Under the pieces are notes generated by a model that was not told where the DNA came from, ran no database searches, and saw only the letters and a list, made by a program, of their open reading frames with translations. The translations under genes were made by a program, and so were the position numbers. Positions 7,982-15,819 of a DNA stretch of 32,000 nt are shown one piece after another. Numbering within the stretch: position 1 is the stretch's first letter; every line of letters begins with the position of its first letter. Source of the DNA: Psychrobacter sp. DM4 (lineage in GTDB: Bacteria > Pseudomonadota > Gammaproteobacteria > Pseudomonadales > Moraxellaceae); contig NZ_CP195537.1 of the NCBI RefSeq assembly GCF_051307035.1, positions 1 through 32,000 of the forward strand, read 5' to 3'.

Positions 7982-10658
7982 GAACGCCCAAGACAACTTC
8001 GAGTTAAATAACTCGTTTTACGTCCACTTGCATGAATTCTATAAAATTCATCGAGGCACCATACGTAAAAATTACACTCGTCTAAGTAAAGCCTTCTTAG
8101 ACTTCAACGAGCCATCGCGCCCCGGTAGCTTTCTACGTGTGCCTCAGTTCGAAGCTCTAGAAATCTATGTATTCCTAAAGGAGTTCTTAGATAACAAACC
8201 CGTCTTCCAACTATTTGAAGATTGGTATACCAACCAAGGTAAATTTGCAGAGCGAGTATCCGGCATAAGCACTATAGATGGCCAGATCATGCAAGGGGAT
8301 ATGTTCTGGGAGATGTCTGAAACAGACTATAAAGGCATTTTCAAAAAGATGAAAGCCAGTAACGGCGGCCGCCTTTACCCGAACTATATTTTTGCGCTGA
8401 CCATGGGTACTGGAAAAACTATCCTCATGGCCACCTGTATCTTCTATGATTTCTTAGCGGGTAATAAAAAAGGCAAAGATGAGCGTTTTATTCAAAACGC
8501 GCTAATTTTCGCACCGGACAAAACCGTTCTTCAGTCATTACGCGAAATTGAATCCTTCGATCATTCTAAAGTCGTGCCGCCGGAGTACATGCCAATTGTC
8601 GCGGAATTCAAATTTCACTATCTCGAAGATGCTGGTGTCTCGCTCAACACCATGGACGGCTCTAAGTTCAATATCATCGTATCGAATAGCCAGAAAATCA
8701 TCTTACGCCGCGATAGCAAAGGTAAGTCGACGGCCGATAAGCTCTTCAGCTCTGGCAAAGACATGTACCAAGGCCTTGGTGGTGTAGAAGATGAAGCGAT
8801 GGCTATGCTTGGCCTAGATGATGATTCTATCGCTGCCGCGCCTCAAGATGAAGCAGATCTTGTCACTAACCAACGTTTCGAGAAAATCAAGCGGCTTCCT
8901 CAGTTAGGTATCTTTGTTGACGAAGCCCACCACGCATTTGGTGCAAAGCTTGCCAAAGACATGGGTATAAAAGCCGATAATACGGCAAACTCATTGCGCA
9001 AAACAATTGATGAGCTCGCGATAAATTTGAAACAAGCCGGAACTCGAGTGGTGGGGTGTTATAACTACACTGGTACGCCTTATGTAGGTAAAGATGTGTT
9101 GCCAGAAGTGGTTTATGCCTATGGGTTACGCAAGGCGATTGATAACAATTACTTGAAGCAAGTTAAGCTTAATGGCTATAGCAATACGCGCCACGAGGAG
9201 TTTTTAGAGATAGCCATCAATGATTTCTTAGCAAAGGCCGATGAGATTGGACGCCCTGAGAATATACTGCCGAAGATGGCAATTTTTGGTACGACTGTCG
9301 AAGAATTGACGACTGAAATTCGTCCGGCTGTAGAAAAGATACTAGCGAAGCACGGCATATCTTCTGACCGTATATTGATTAACGTCGGTGACGCAAAACA
9401 CACCACTGATGATGATATCCGCGAATTCAACCGTCTAGATAGTCCGAACTCAGAAAAACAGTTCATCTTACTGGTGAATAAAGGCCGAGAAGGTTGGAAC
9501 TGTCGTTCTCTGTTTTCAGTCGCGCTTTATCGTGAACCAAAGTCTAAGGTGTTTATACTTCAAGCGACTATGCGTTGTTTACGTGCCATAGGTGACAGAC
9601 AGCATGTTGGCCATATTTATCTTACTAAAGAAAACATGGCACTTTTGGATAAGGAGCTTCAAGCGAACTTCCGTATCTCAACAGATGAACTTAAAGAACC
9701 TGATCCGAATAAGGAAACGGTACATGTTAGAGTTGAGCAGCCAAGTATCAAGGTGCCAATCAAACGCGTTCGTCGTCAATTCAAGTTAATTGGAAAAGAA
9801 GATTTAAAAGATGGGTATAAGTTAGGGCTTGATAGAGTTGATCTTGATGACTATCGACTTATCCATGAAACCCAGCAAGGGCTATTAATGCCTGATGATA
9901 TTGGAACTGTGAAAAATCGTGCTCGACAAGATCTTTCTTTCCTAAAAGAGCAGCGTACTTTTACCAAACTGTCATTAGTTGCTGATATCGCTCGATATAT
10001 TAATAAACCTTGTTTAGAAATTGAAAAAATTGTCGCAGCTACAGAAGAAGGCTTTGACGGTATCTTAGAGTTGGTGAACAAGTTCAATGAAGTACTGTAC
10101 GACCAAGTGATTCCGCGGCTTTTTAAAGCGATGTACGATATAGAGTCGGAAAGTGTTACTGAAGAGTTTGATGTTGAGTTAGTGAAAGAGCCACCTATAG
10201 ACCCTGGGTATTATCCAGTAACCGTCTCCAAAGATAAGATTATTAGAAAATCATCTTTAGAAATTGCAGAATTAACAGGGAAAAGCTTCCACCTAGACAA
10301 CTACTGTTTCGATTCAAATCCAGAACGTCAGTTCTTTTGGGATATGTTACACGACAAACAAGTTGATAAGATTTGGTTTACCGGAATGTTAACGCATGGA
10401 CAAAGTGACTTTGTGATTCATTACGTAGACACAGAAACGCAGCGCGTACGTAGTTATTACCCTGACTTCCTGATTAAAAAACAAGATGGTTCTTATGTGA
10501 TGGTAGAAGTCAAAGGCGAGCACATGATTGACTCTCAAAACGTAAGAGATAAGAAAGATGCAGCAGAACTTATGGGCGTAGCGTCAGGTATTGGCTACGA
10601 AATAGTTACGGGTAAATCCGCAGACTCAGGAAGCTATGATCGAGCCTTTTTAAACTAA
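7974..10658 (+). CDS. Type III restriction Res-like subunit (SF2 DEAH helicase + C-terminal PD-(D/E)XK nuclease)
   Basis: Motifs: LTMGTGKT (8401-8420), FVDEAHHAFG, YTGTPY, and C-terminal YYPDFLIKKQDGSYVMVEVKG (10454-10519). The ATG overlaps the mod stop (ATGGCTAA) and follows GAGGAGGTG. Confidence 0.85.
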   Translation: MAKNAQDNFELNNSFYVHLHEFYKIHRGTIRKNYTRLSKAFLDFNEPSRPGSFLRVPQFEALEIYVFLKEFLDNKPVFQLFEDWYTNQGKFAERVSGISTIDGQIMQGDMFWEMSETDYKGIFKKMKASNGGRLYPNYIFALTMGTGKTILMATCIFYDFLAGNKKGKDERFIQNALIFAPDKTVLQSLREIESFDHSKVVPPEYMPIVAEFKFHYLEDAGVSLNTMDGSKFNIIVSNSQKIILRRDSKGKSTADKLFSSGKDMYQGLGGVEDEAMAMLGLDDDSIAAAPQDEADLVTNQRFEKIKRLPQLGIFVDEAHHAFGAKLAKDMGIKADNTANSLRKTIDELAINLKQAGTRVVGCYNYTGTPYVGKDVLPEVVYAYGLRKAIDNNYLKQVKLNGYSNTRHEEFLEIAINDFLAKADEIGRPENILPKMAIFGTTVEELTTEIRPAVEKILAKHGISSDRILINVGDAKHTTDDDIREFNRLDSPNSEKQFILLVNKGREGWNCRSLFSVALYREPKSKVFILQATMRCLRAIGDRQHVGHIYLTKENMALLDKELQANFRISTDELKEPDPNKETVHVRVEQPSIKVPIKRVRRQFKLIGKEDLKDGYKLGLDRVDLDDYRLIHETQQGLLMPDDIGTVKNRARQDLSFLKEQRTFTKLSLVADIARYINKPCLEIEKIVAATEEGFDGILELVNKFNEVLYDQVIPRLFKAMYDIESESVTEEFDVELVKEPPIDPGYYPVTVSKDKIIRKSSLEIAELTGKSFHLDNYCFDSNPERQFFWDMLHDKQVDKIWFTGMLTHGQSDFVIHYVDTETQRVRSYYPDFLIKKQDGSYVMVEVKGEHMIDSQNVRDKKDAAELMGVASGIGYEIVTGKSADSGSYDRAFLN

Positions 10659-10702
10659 TTTAGATTTTGGGGCCTGGAAATATAAACCAATTCTTTTATA
10701 GT

Positions 10703-10727
10703 AAAATCCAATCGTACGGGATTTTTT
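10703..10727 (+). terminator. Weak terminator-like hairpin after res
   Basis: AAAATCC (10703-10709) pairs with GGATTTT (10719-10725), with a 9-nt loop and a T6 run. Only two GC pairs, so it is weak. Confidence 0.3.
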
Positions 10728-10775
10728 AATCGGTGTTCATAATGCGTCAATTAGAACGTTAATCAATAGAGAGAA

Positions 10776-10811
10776 GTGTCCATATAAGTTGATTACAACC
10801 TATATGGACAC
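10776..10811 (-). terminator. Hairpin immediately after the DprA-like stop codon
   Basis: Perfect 11-bp arms GTGTCCATATA (10776-10786) / TATATGGACAC (10801-10811) with a 14-nt loop, 4 nt beyond the TAG at 10815-10817. There is no strong U-run on the minus strand. Confidence 0.4.
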
Positions 10812-10814
10812 TAA

Positions 10815-11807
10815 CTAGAAGCCTAGACCTACTTGCTCAGGTGTTGAAAGCCTTTCATTTGATTCTTTCAGGTTGCTAGGTAAGGAGCTATCTATATCCT
10901 TTGGGTTAATTACTATGGCTTGTGGACCATCTTCCTGTATGATTTGTCGATTTAAATCGTACTTAGGATTGTTCTGATAGTCTTCGTTATATATTACAGC
11001 CCGCTTAATACCATATTCTTTAGCTTTCTCCATAGCATGACGGGAACCACTATCTGGTTTAGGATTATTGGGATCAAGGCTTGTTTTACAATAACTAGCG
11101 CTCAATACGACTAAATCACTAAAAAGCGCTTGCAGACGATCTCTCTTTACATATCTACCTGCTTGTTCTCTAAAGTTAGCAGATGAAGGTGACGTTAAAT
11201 ACTCAGTAATTAGCAAACCTTGGTTTTCAACAATTTCACGAGCCAAATCTATGTTTTGAGCTGGTAAGATATTATTTAACGGGCTGGGTAAGATAGCAAC
11301 AGTTCGAGCGTTTAATGCTAGTGCCTTTCTATGCGAGATGCTATCACAGCCATCTGCTAAGCCACTGACAATTGTGGCATCTTGTTTTTTGATGAACTGT
11401 TCAACTACCAGGTTTTCATCAACCTCGGTTTCTTTATCTGGATTGAGCACACCAATAACAGCAACATTATAATTATCAGGAGATAGTAAATCCAAATCTC
11501 CTTTGTAGAACAAGAAGCTTGGGATATCACCTTTTTTCTTTAGTTCTCGACGAAGAGTTGGGTAGTTATCATCGCCTATTGCTACCACACCATCACAACT
11601 ATCGCCTAAGTTTTCAATCAAACGTTCAAGCCTAGCCTTCATTTCTAAAAAAGCTTGCTCTGTTACGCTGGCATCCTTTGCCGCAATGAGCTCTACAATA
11701 GCTTCATAAGGGATCTTAGTTGTTAGATTATTATTTAACCATGCCTCCCCTATACCTTTGAAGGTGCGAGCTGTTAAAACATTTAAAGCATGATCTGTTA
11801 TTTTCAT
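10815..11807 (-). CDS. Accessory DprA/Smf-family (SLOG superfamily) protein
   Basis: Contains the DprA Rossmann-core signatures NYPTLRREL, VAVIG, IVSGLADGCDSISHRKAL (11319-11366), TVAILPSPLNNILPAQN, GLLITEY, KRDRLQALFSDLVVLSAS and SGSRHAMEKAKEYGIKRAVI. The N-terminal ~70 aa include a KGIGEAW segment as in DprA N-domains. Confidence 0.8.
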   Translation of the reverse strand: MKITDHALNVLTARTFKGIGEAWLNNNLTTKIPYEAIVELIAAKDASVTEQAFLEMKARLERLIENLGDSCDGVVAIGDDNYPTLRRELKKKGDIPSFLFYKGDLDLLSPDNYNVAVIGVLNPDKETEVDENLVVEQFIKKQDATIVSGLADGCDSISHRKALALNARTVAILPSPLNNILPAQNIDLAREIVENQGLLITEYLTSPSSANFREQAGRYVKRDRLQALFSDLVVLSASYCKTSLDPNNPKPDSGSRHAMEKAKEYGIKRAVIYNEDYQNNPKYDLNRQIIQEDGPQAIVINPKDIDSSLPSNLKESNERLSTPEQVGLGF

Positions 11808-11845
11808 TGAAAGCCTACTTGTAAAAATATATTTATTTCAATAAT

Positions 11846-12523
11846 TTAGTTACGATTTGCAGCAAAAACTATTTCGTCTGGGAGGTCATCTGGAAACGTA
11901 TAGTGTGGTACACGAGCAATGCTAAAAAAAGTAACGTCCTTCGCACCACAATCTAATAGACATTGAATAGCATCTTCGTCTATATTGACATTTTTTGTAT
12001 AAATATCATCAATTAATAGTACGTGTTTTCCTCTTACTTTTTCCGAAATATCACAAGTATCTCTAGTAATACCGATATAAGGCATACTGCCACCTCCACC
12101 ACCTATTGAACTACGAGATAAGTGAGTGGTACAGGTATCAGTATGACGAACTATAAAGTCGCTACCATCCACTAATTTATTCTTCGAATGTATGACCAAC
12201 GGAATTATTTCTCTAATAGCTTCAGCAAACTTTAACTGTGTGCCATTGTAGGTATTGAGGTTTTTTGACCTAGGTACGACACATATAGTGACTTCATCAT
12301 CTTCTATATTAGATAGTATGCTTGAAAGTTCATTTGCAAGATTGAACTTAACTGAGTTTTTAGCAGCTAATAATTTAGATGGGTACTCATTACCAAACGT
12401 GTTTTTTAAAATATTAAGATAGTTAGGGTTACTAGGTTTATTAAGCCCATAATATGCACAGCGATAGAATGATTTTATATCTTTGTTCAAATACTCGTTT
12501 TTTACGATGGTGTATTGATTCAC
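11846..12523 (-). CDS. ComF-like type I phosphoribosyltransferase-fold protein with degenerate PRPP loop
   Basis: GKHVLLIDDIYTKNVNIDEDAIQCLLDCGAKDVTFFSIARV has the PRTase beta-strand plus acidic pair, but the usual T-T-G-x-T is replaced by TKNVN. CVVPRSK matches ComF-like proteins, and there is an unusual SSIGGGGGS loop. GTG start at 12521-12523 lies 7 nt after GAGGA. No N-terminal Cys cluster. Confidence 0.7.
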   Translation of the reverse strand: MNQYTIVKNEYLNKDIKSFYRCAYYGLNKPSNPNYLNILKNTFGNEYPSKLLAAKNSVKFNLANELSSILSNIEDDEVTICVVPRSKNLNTYNGTQLKFAEAIREIIPLVIHSKNKLVDGSDFIVRHTDTCTTHLSRSSIGGGGGSMPYIGITRDTCDISEKVRGKHVLLIDDIYTKNVNIDEDAIQCLLDCGAKDVTFFSIARVPHYTFPDDLPDEIVFAANRN

Positions 12524-12537
12524 GTCTTAATCCTCGC

Positions 12538-13083
12538 TTATAAGCTGATCTTGGTTATGTTTTTATTTGGTATTCCAGCTATATTGGCGTGGAGTACTTC
12601 ATTCTCATCATCCTCAAAAACGAGAACCTTTGTAGAGCAAATATTGATTTCATTAAGTGCATATTGATACTTATTGTGTATATCCTTGCAAAAAAAGATT
12701 TTATCGAACAATTTAGCGCAGTTGTGATGATCAAGAAGCTGAATAACCCTTTCAGGAGAAGCTTTAGTTACTAAACATACCTTAGTAGTGTTCTTATTAC
12801 TAATTAAGAAATTAATTAGCTCTTTATTAAGGTAGGTATGATCTAAAAACTGTGAGTTATACCCAATCTTTTCTTTTTGGATTTTTTCGGCTAATACCTC
12901 ATCAGTGCAGTACTTATCAACCACTTCTTTAGTGATTCTTTTTACTACAGGAATTTTTATGTATGGCATGTAGGAATCAATTGCTTTTTTATAAGCTGAA
13001 TTATTAGCTTGGTCAGTATGAATCAAGGTGCCATCCAAATCGGTTAATATTGCTTGAATATTGTTCAATATATCGTGCCTCAT
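12538..13083 (-). CDS. HAD-superfamily hydrolase (phosphatase-like)
   Basis: Motif I is ILTDLDGTLIHTD, motif II LVTKAS, motif III a K in HNKYQ, and motif IV VFEDDENE. The track start at 13086 is TTG, so I use the adjacent ATG at 13081-13083. Confidence 0.8.
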   Translation of the reverse strand: MRHDILNNIQAILTDLDGTLIHTDQANNSAYKKAIDSYMPYIKIPVVKRITKEVVDKYCTDEVLAEKIQKEKIGYNSQFLDHTYLNKELINFLISNKNTTKVCLVTKASPERVIQLLDHHNCAKLFDKIFFCKDIHNKYQYALNEINICSTKVLVFEDDENEVLHANIAGIPNKNITKISL

Positions 13084-13141
13084 CAATAAGTACAGGCTAG
13101 CTTAGTGTATGGTCTATATCTATTCTACGAACTGTACCTAC

Positions 13142-13519
13142 CTACTTTGGAATATCCTGTCTTTTAAGTAATATTGCATCAAAATCAATGTAATTACTAA
13201 CCTTTAAAATATTTTCACTCTCTAGAACTTCAATACAACTACCTGAAACCATATTTTTTAGTTCGCTATCGTGCTTATCATACTGTTCATCCAATACATG
13301 CTTAATGAGGTCTATATTTCTGGAATCTTCAAGCAGGTAGTTTGCTAAATACGAAGATAAGCTACTAGTGAACATATTTATGACTGACTCTTGAGTGACA
13401 GTGCTAACGGTTTCTACCATGGACGTTATTTCAGCCGGTGTTCTTACTGAGATAGTTGAGTAGTGCTCGTCGTTAGTGGCTTTTTGTGCCTCATGGAATT
13501 TTTCAAATAGTGAAGTCAT
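13142..13519 (-). CDS. Hypothetical protein, possible ribbon-helix-helix-like N-terminal domain (125 aa)
   Basis: AGGAAA lies 6 nt before the ATG. ISVRTPAEITSMVETVSTVTQESVINMFTSSL has a strand-helix-helix pattern and resembles the corresponding segment of the upstream 153-aa protein. No family recognised. Confidence 0.5.
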   Translation of the reverse strand: MTSLFEKFHEAQKATNDEHYSTISVRTPAEITSMVETVSTVTQESVINMFTSSLSSYLANYLLEDSRNIDLIKHVLDEQYDKHDSELKNMVSGSCIEVLESENILKVSNYIDFDAILLKRQDIPK

Positions 13520-13574
13520 TAGTGTTTCCTAGTTATTTATAAAATATTTACTTATTACCGACTTTAAAATTAGG

Positions 13575-14036
13575 TTATCCTTGTTGTATCTTCGCCTTAC
13601 TTCTATCAAGTAATTCTTTCAGGTTCTTCAAAGACTGTTCTGCTTGGCCTGATTTTAACCCCTCATTCAAGACATGCATTTGGTTTTCCAACAAACTCTC
13701 TGGATGGACAATGCTACGACTGATATTCCATAATTCCCACGAGAAATTTCTATTAGATTTAGTACTATTCTTACTTAGAAATTCAGCATATTCAGTTATG
13801 AGTAGTGCCTCCTCACTTGAGCACTGTCGCAAAAAATCTTTCAACGTTTCTTCAATAAAATCATTGATGATCTGTGAGCGAGACACGCCATTGCGTTTAG
13901 CAATCGCATCAATAATTAACAAATCAAGATTGTTAAACCTCATATTAAACTTTCTAAATTCCGGCTTATCAAAAGCTGTGGTTGACTCTTCCAACTTATC
14001 AAAAGCCTCTTCATGAAATTCGATTTTTAAACTCAT
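13575..14036 (-). CDS. Hypothetical protein with ribbon-helix-helix-like domain (153 aa)
   Basis: FNMRFNNLDLLIIDAIAKRNGVSRSQIINDFIEETL fits the CopG/Arc-type beta-alpha-alpha pattern, followed by a helical C-terminal half. ATG at 14034-14036. Confidence 0.5.
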   Translation of the reverse strand: MSLKIEFHEEAFDKLEESTTAFDKPEFRKFNMRFNNLDLLIIDAIAKRNGVSRSQIINDFIEETLKDFLRQCSSEEALLITEYAEFLSKNSTKSNRNFSWELWNISRSIVHPESLLENQMHVLNEGLKSGQAEQSLKNLKELLDRSKAKIQQG

Positions 14037-14124
14037 AGATCTTGCCTTTATATTGATAACAAATAATTATGGGTATTTGAAACTACTACTGTTTTGTATA
14101 TATTTTATACGGATACATTGGTTG

Positions 14125-14310
14125 CTAACCTTTTTCGAGTCGCTTCATAAGGTCGAGCAGACTGTTATATAAGCCTTCTACTTCAGCTTTCTTTAAAACG
14201 ACCTTGTCTGAATTTTTTATATCCGTTCCACAGCTTAATGCTAGAGCAACCACTGGACTAGAAATATTGCGTTGTTTTTGTCGAACTTGGCAATGTTTAG
14301 TAGCTTTCAT
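14125..14310 (-). CDS. Small hypothetical protein (61 aa); weak resemblance to the N-terminal half of DUF4258-like proteins
   Basis: Strong SD (AAGGAG 7 nt before the ATG at 14308-14310). TKHCQVRQKQRNISSPVVALAL recalls the H..R..(Q/E)R.IS motif, from memory and unverified. Confidence 0.45.
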   Translation of the reverse strand: MKATKHCQVRQKQRNISSPVVALALSCGTDIKNSDKVVLKKAEVEGLYNSLLDLMKRLEKG

Positions 14311-14364
14311 AATAATACTCCTTGGTAGTTTTAATATTTATTCAAATTATTACTTTTATAATAG

Positions 14365-14619
14365 TTAATAACATACTTTTAACTTACTCATGCCAGGCTT
14401 TCTATTCATAGAGTTGTTATGATAGGTTGTGATAATATTATCTTCTGCAACTATCAAAGTAATTCCACCGGTTCTTCTTAAAAATTCAATATCTTTAAGA
14501 AGCTTTTTTAGCTTCTTTATTGCCGCCTTGCTTTCCTTTGGTGTCATTCCTTGTATATCCTGCCCTAAACCACTTGCCTTAAGGATTTTATCAGTATATT
14601 TCAACGTATTACTATTCAT
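14365..14619 (-). CDS. Small hypothetical protein (84-91 aa)
   Basis: The track start at 14640 is TTG and the first ATG is at 14617-14619 (MNSNTL...). Neither has a good SD, so the start is uncertain. The basic helical KKLKKLLKDIEFLRR is followed by ITLIVAEDNIITTYH. Confidence 0.4.
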   Translation of the reverse strand: MNSNTLKYTDKILKASGLGQDIQGMTPKESKAAIKKLKKLLKDIEFLRRTGGITLIVAEDNIITTYHNNSMNRKPGMSKLKVCY

Positions 14620-14812
14620 AATAGGACCTATAAATTTCAAGAAGATAGTTTCTATTGATTGAACAACCTATGGATTACAGTATGATACATACTAATATAA
14701 TAGTCAATATATGAATAAATATAAATTCAAATAATAAATAAATTTTTAAGAGAACTAGATATCCAACTCTCTGAACCTATCAATAGACTATACCCAAAAC
14801 ATAAAACCTTTA

Positions 14813-14881
14813 AATGATAATCTATCTATCATTAGACTTTTTTATATTATTAAATGATAGTAATATCTTGTTATTATCAAT
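14813..14881. promoter_or_regulatory. Two inverted-repeat sites built from AATGATA half-sites (candidate res/operator) in the divergent intergenic region
   Basis: Site A: AATGATA (14813-14819) + 7 nt + TATCATT (14827-14833), perfect. Site B: AATGATA (14853-14859) + 15 nt + TATCAAT (14875-14881), 6/7. Both lie 40-105 bp upstream of the resolvase ATG. Confidence 0.35.
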
Positions 14882-14919
14882 GAGCACTAATTATTAAGTC
14901 TAAATAATAGAGGTGGGTT

Positions 14920-15513
14920 ATGACTGTTCGTATTTATGTGAGAGCCAGCACTAAGGATCAAGACGCTACCAGAGCATTGGCTGATTTGGTGGCTTTCAGT
15001 ACAAGTTATGATGATAACCATGTTGAGTACGTCGAGCATTTCAGTGGTACAAAGCTCGATAGACCATTATTAGCCAAGCTGCTAAAGGACGCTGAGCAAG
15101 GCGATATTCTACTGGTTGAAAGCGTGGATAGATTAAGCCGATTATCTCAAGATGATTTTGCAATTCTAAAGCAGCGTATCAAAGACAAAGGCTTGCGATT
15201 GGTGGTGGCTGATCTACCAACGACGCATACAGTTAATAATGGCATGACAGGTGAGATCCTAACAGTGATTAACCATATGCTGATCGACTTATTAGCAACG
15301 ATGGCAAAGCTTGATAACGACAAGCGTAGAGAGCGTATCAAGCAGGGATTGGCTAACAGTGGCTATAAGCCCTCCGGTAAGAAGCCTAATACAACGAAAC
15401 ACAATCGTATTAGAGAATTAGACAGTCAAGGCAATATGACAAAAGAGGAAATCGCTAAGGCAGTTGGTGTTGGCGTAGCTACTGTTTACCGGGTGTTAAA
15501 GCCAGGCTCATAG
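14920..15513 (+). CDS. Serine recombinase (resolvase/invertase family)
   Basis: RIYVRASTKDQD carries the catalytic Ser codon at 14947-14949. Also present are GDILLVESVDRLSRL and the C-terminal HTH TKEEIAKAVGVGVATVYRVLK. SD is AGAGGTGGG. Confidence 0.85.
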   Translation: MTVRIYVRASTKDQDATRALADLVAFSTSYDDNHVEYVEHFSGTKLDRPLLAKLLKDAEQGDILLVESVDRLSRLSQDDFAILKQRIKDKGLRLVVADLPTTHTVNNGMTGEILTVINHMLIDLLATMAKLDNDKRRERIKQGLANSGYKPSGKKPNTTKHNRIRELDSQGNMTKEEIAKAVGVGVATVYRVLKPGS

Positions 15514-15731
15514 CTGAGGTATTTTATTTTATTTTTGTTCATAAACAGCTGATATATAAGGCTTTACACGCGAGGCAAGAAGGCTTTATTTGCAGAAATA
15601 GGTACTCTATTACTACGTAGCTGTGTTAAGAACGGTGTATTTTCATCATTCAATTTCGTTCAATTATGCCCACTTAAAACGCCCTTCGATCTTTATCTAA
15701 AGACATCACAGCGTCATATAAAAATCGATTT

Positions 15732-15769
15732 AATGCAATGAGGCTTCATTATAATCATTATATTGCATT
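15732..15769 (+). promoter_or_regulatory. Candidate promoter/operator of the fic gene
   Basis: A perfect TATAAT (15750-15755) is bracketed by the 8-bp inverted repeat AATGCAAT (15732-15739) / ATTGCATT (15762-15769). Two ATAATCGCTT direct repeats follow. No convincing -35. Confidence 0.3.
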
Positions 15770-15819
15770 CATAATCGCTTTTCTGCAAAATGGCTTATCT
15801 ATAATCGCTTGAGCCACTC

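Noticed and set aside
8548-10087. ORFs 8548-8787 (+), 9176-9466 (-), 9592-9789 (+) and 9851-10087 (-), plus 7747-7935 (-)
   Set aside because: They are embedded in the res and mod reading frames, give Ser/Ile-rich nonsense-like peptides and contain no motifs.
10815-12523. Calling these the organism's bona fide competence genes comF and dprA
   Set aside because: They sit in an AT-rich accessory operon with a HAD hydrolase and RHH-like genes, next to restriction and resolvase genes. The PRTase lacks the ComFC zinc finger and has a degenerate PRPP loop. I therefore left the gene symbols empty.
12589-14662. Plus-strand ORFs 12589-12774, 13711-14016 and 14429-14662
   Set aside because: They are antisense to the minus-strand operon. 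AT-rich DNA gives I/L/F/K/S-rich peptides, there is no SD, and the minus-strand genes have good SDs and motifs.
15514-15819. A separate small antitoxin gene upstream of fic
   Set aside because: I found only trivially short ATG-initiated frames (for example ATGCCCACTTAA). The inhibitory motif is internal to the Fic protein, so no partner is required.
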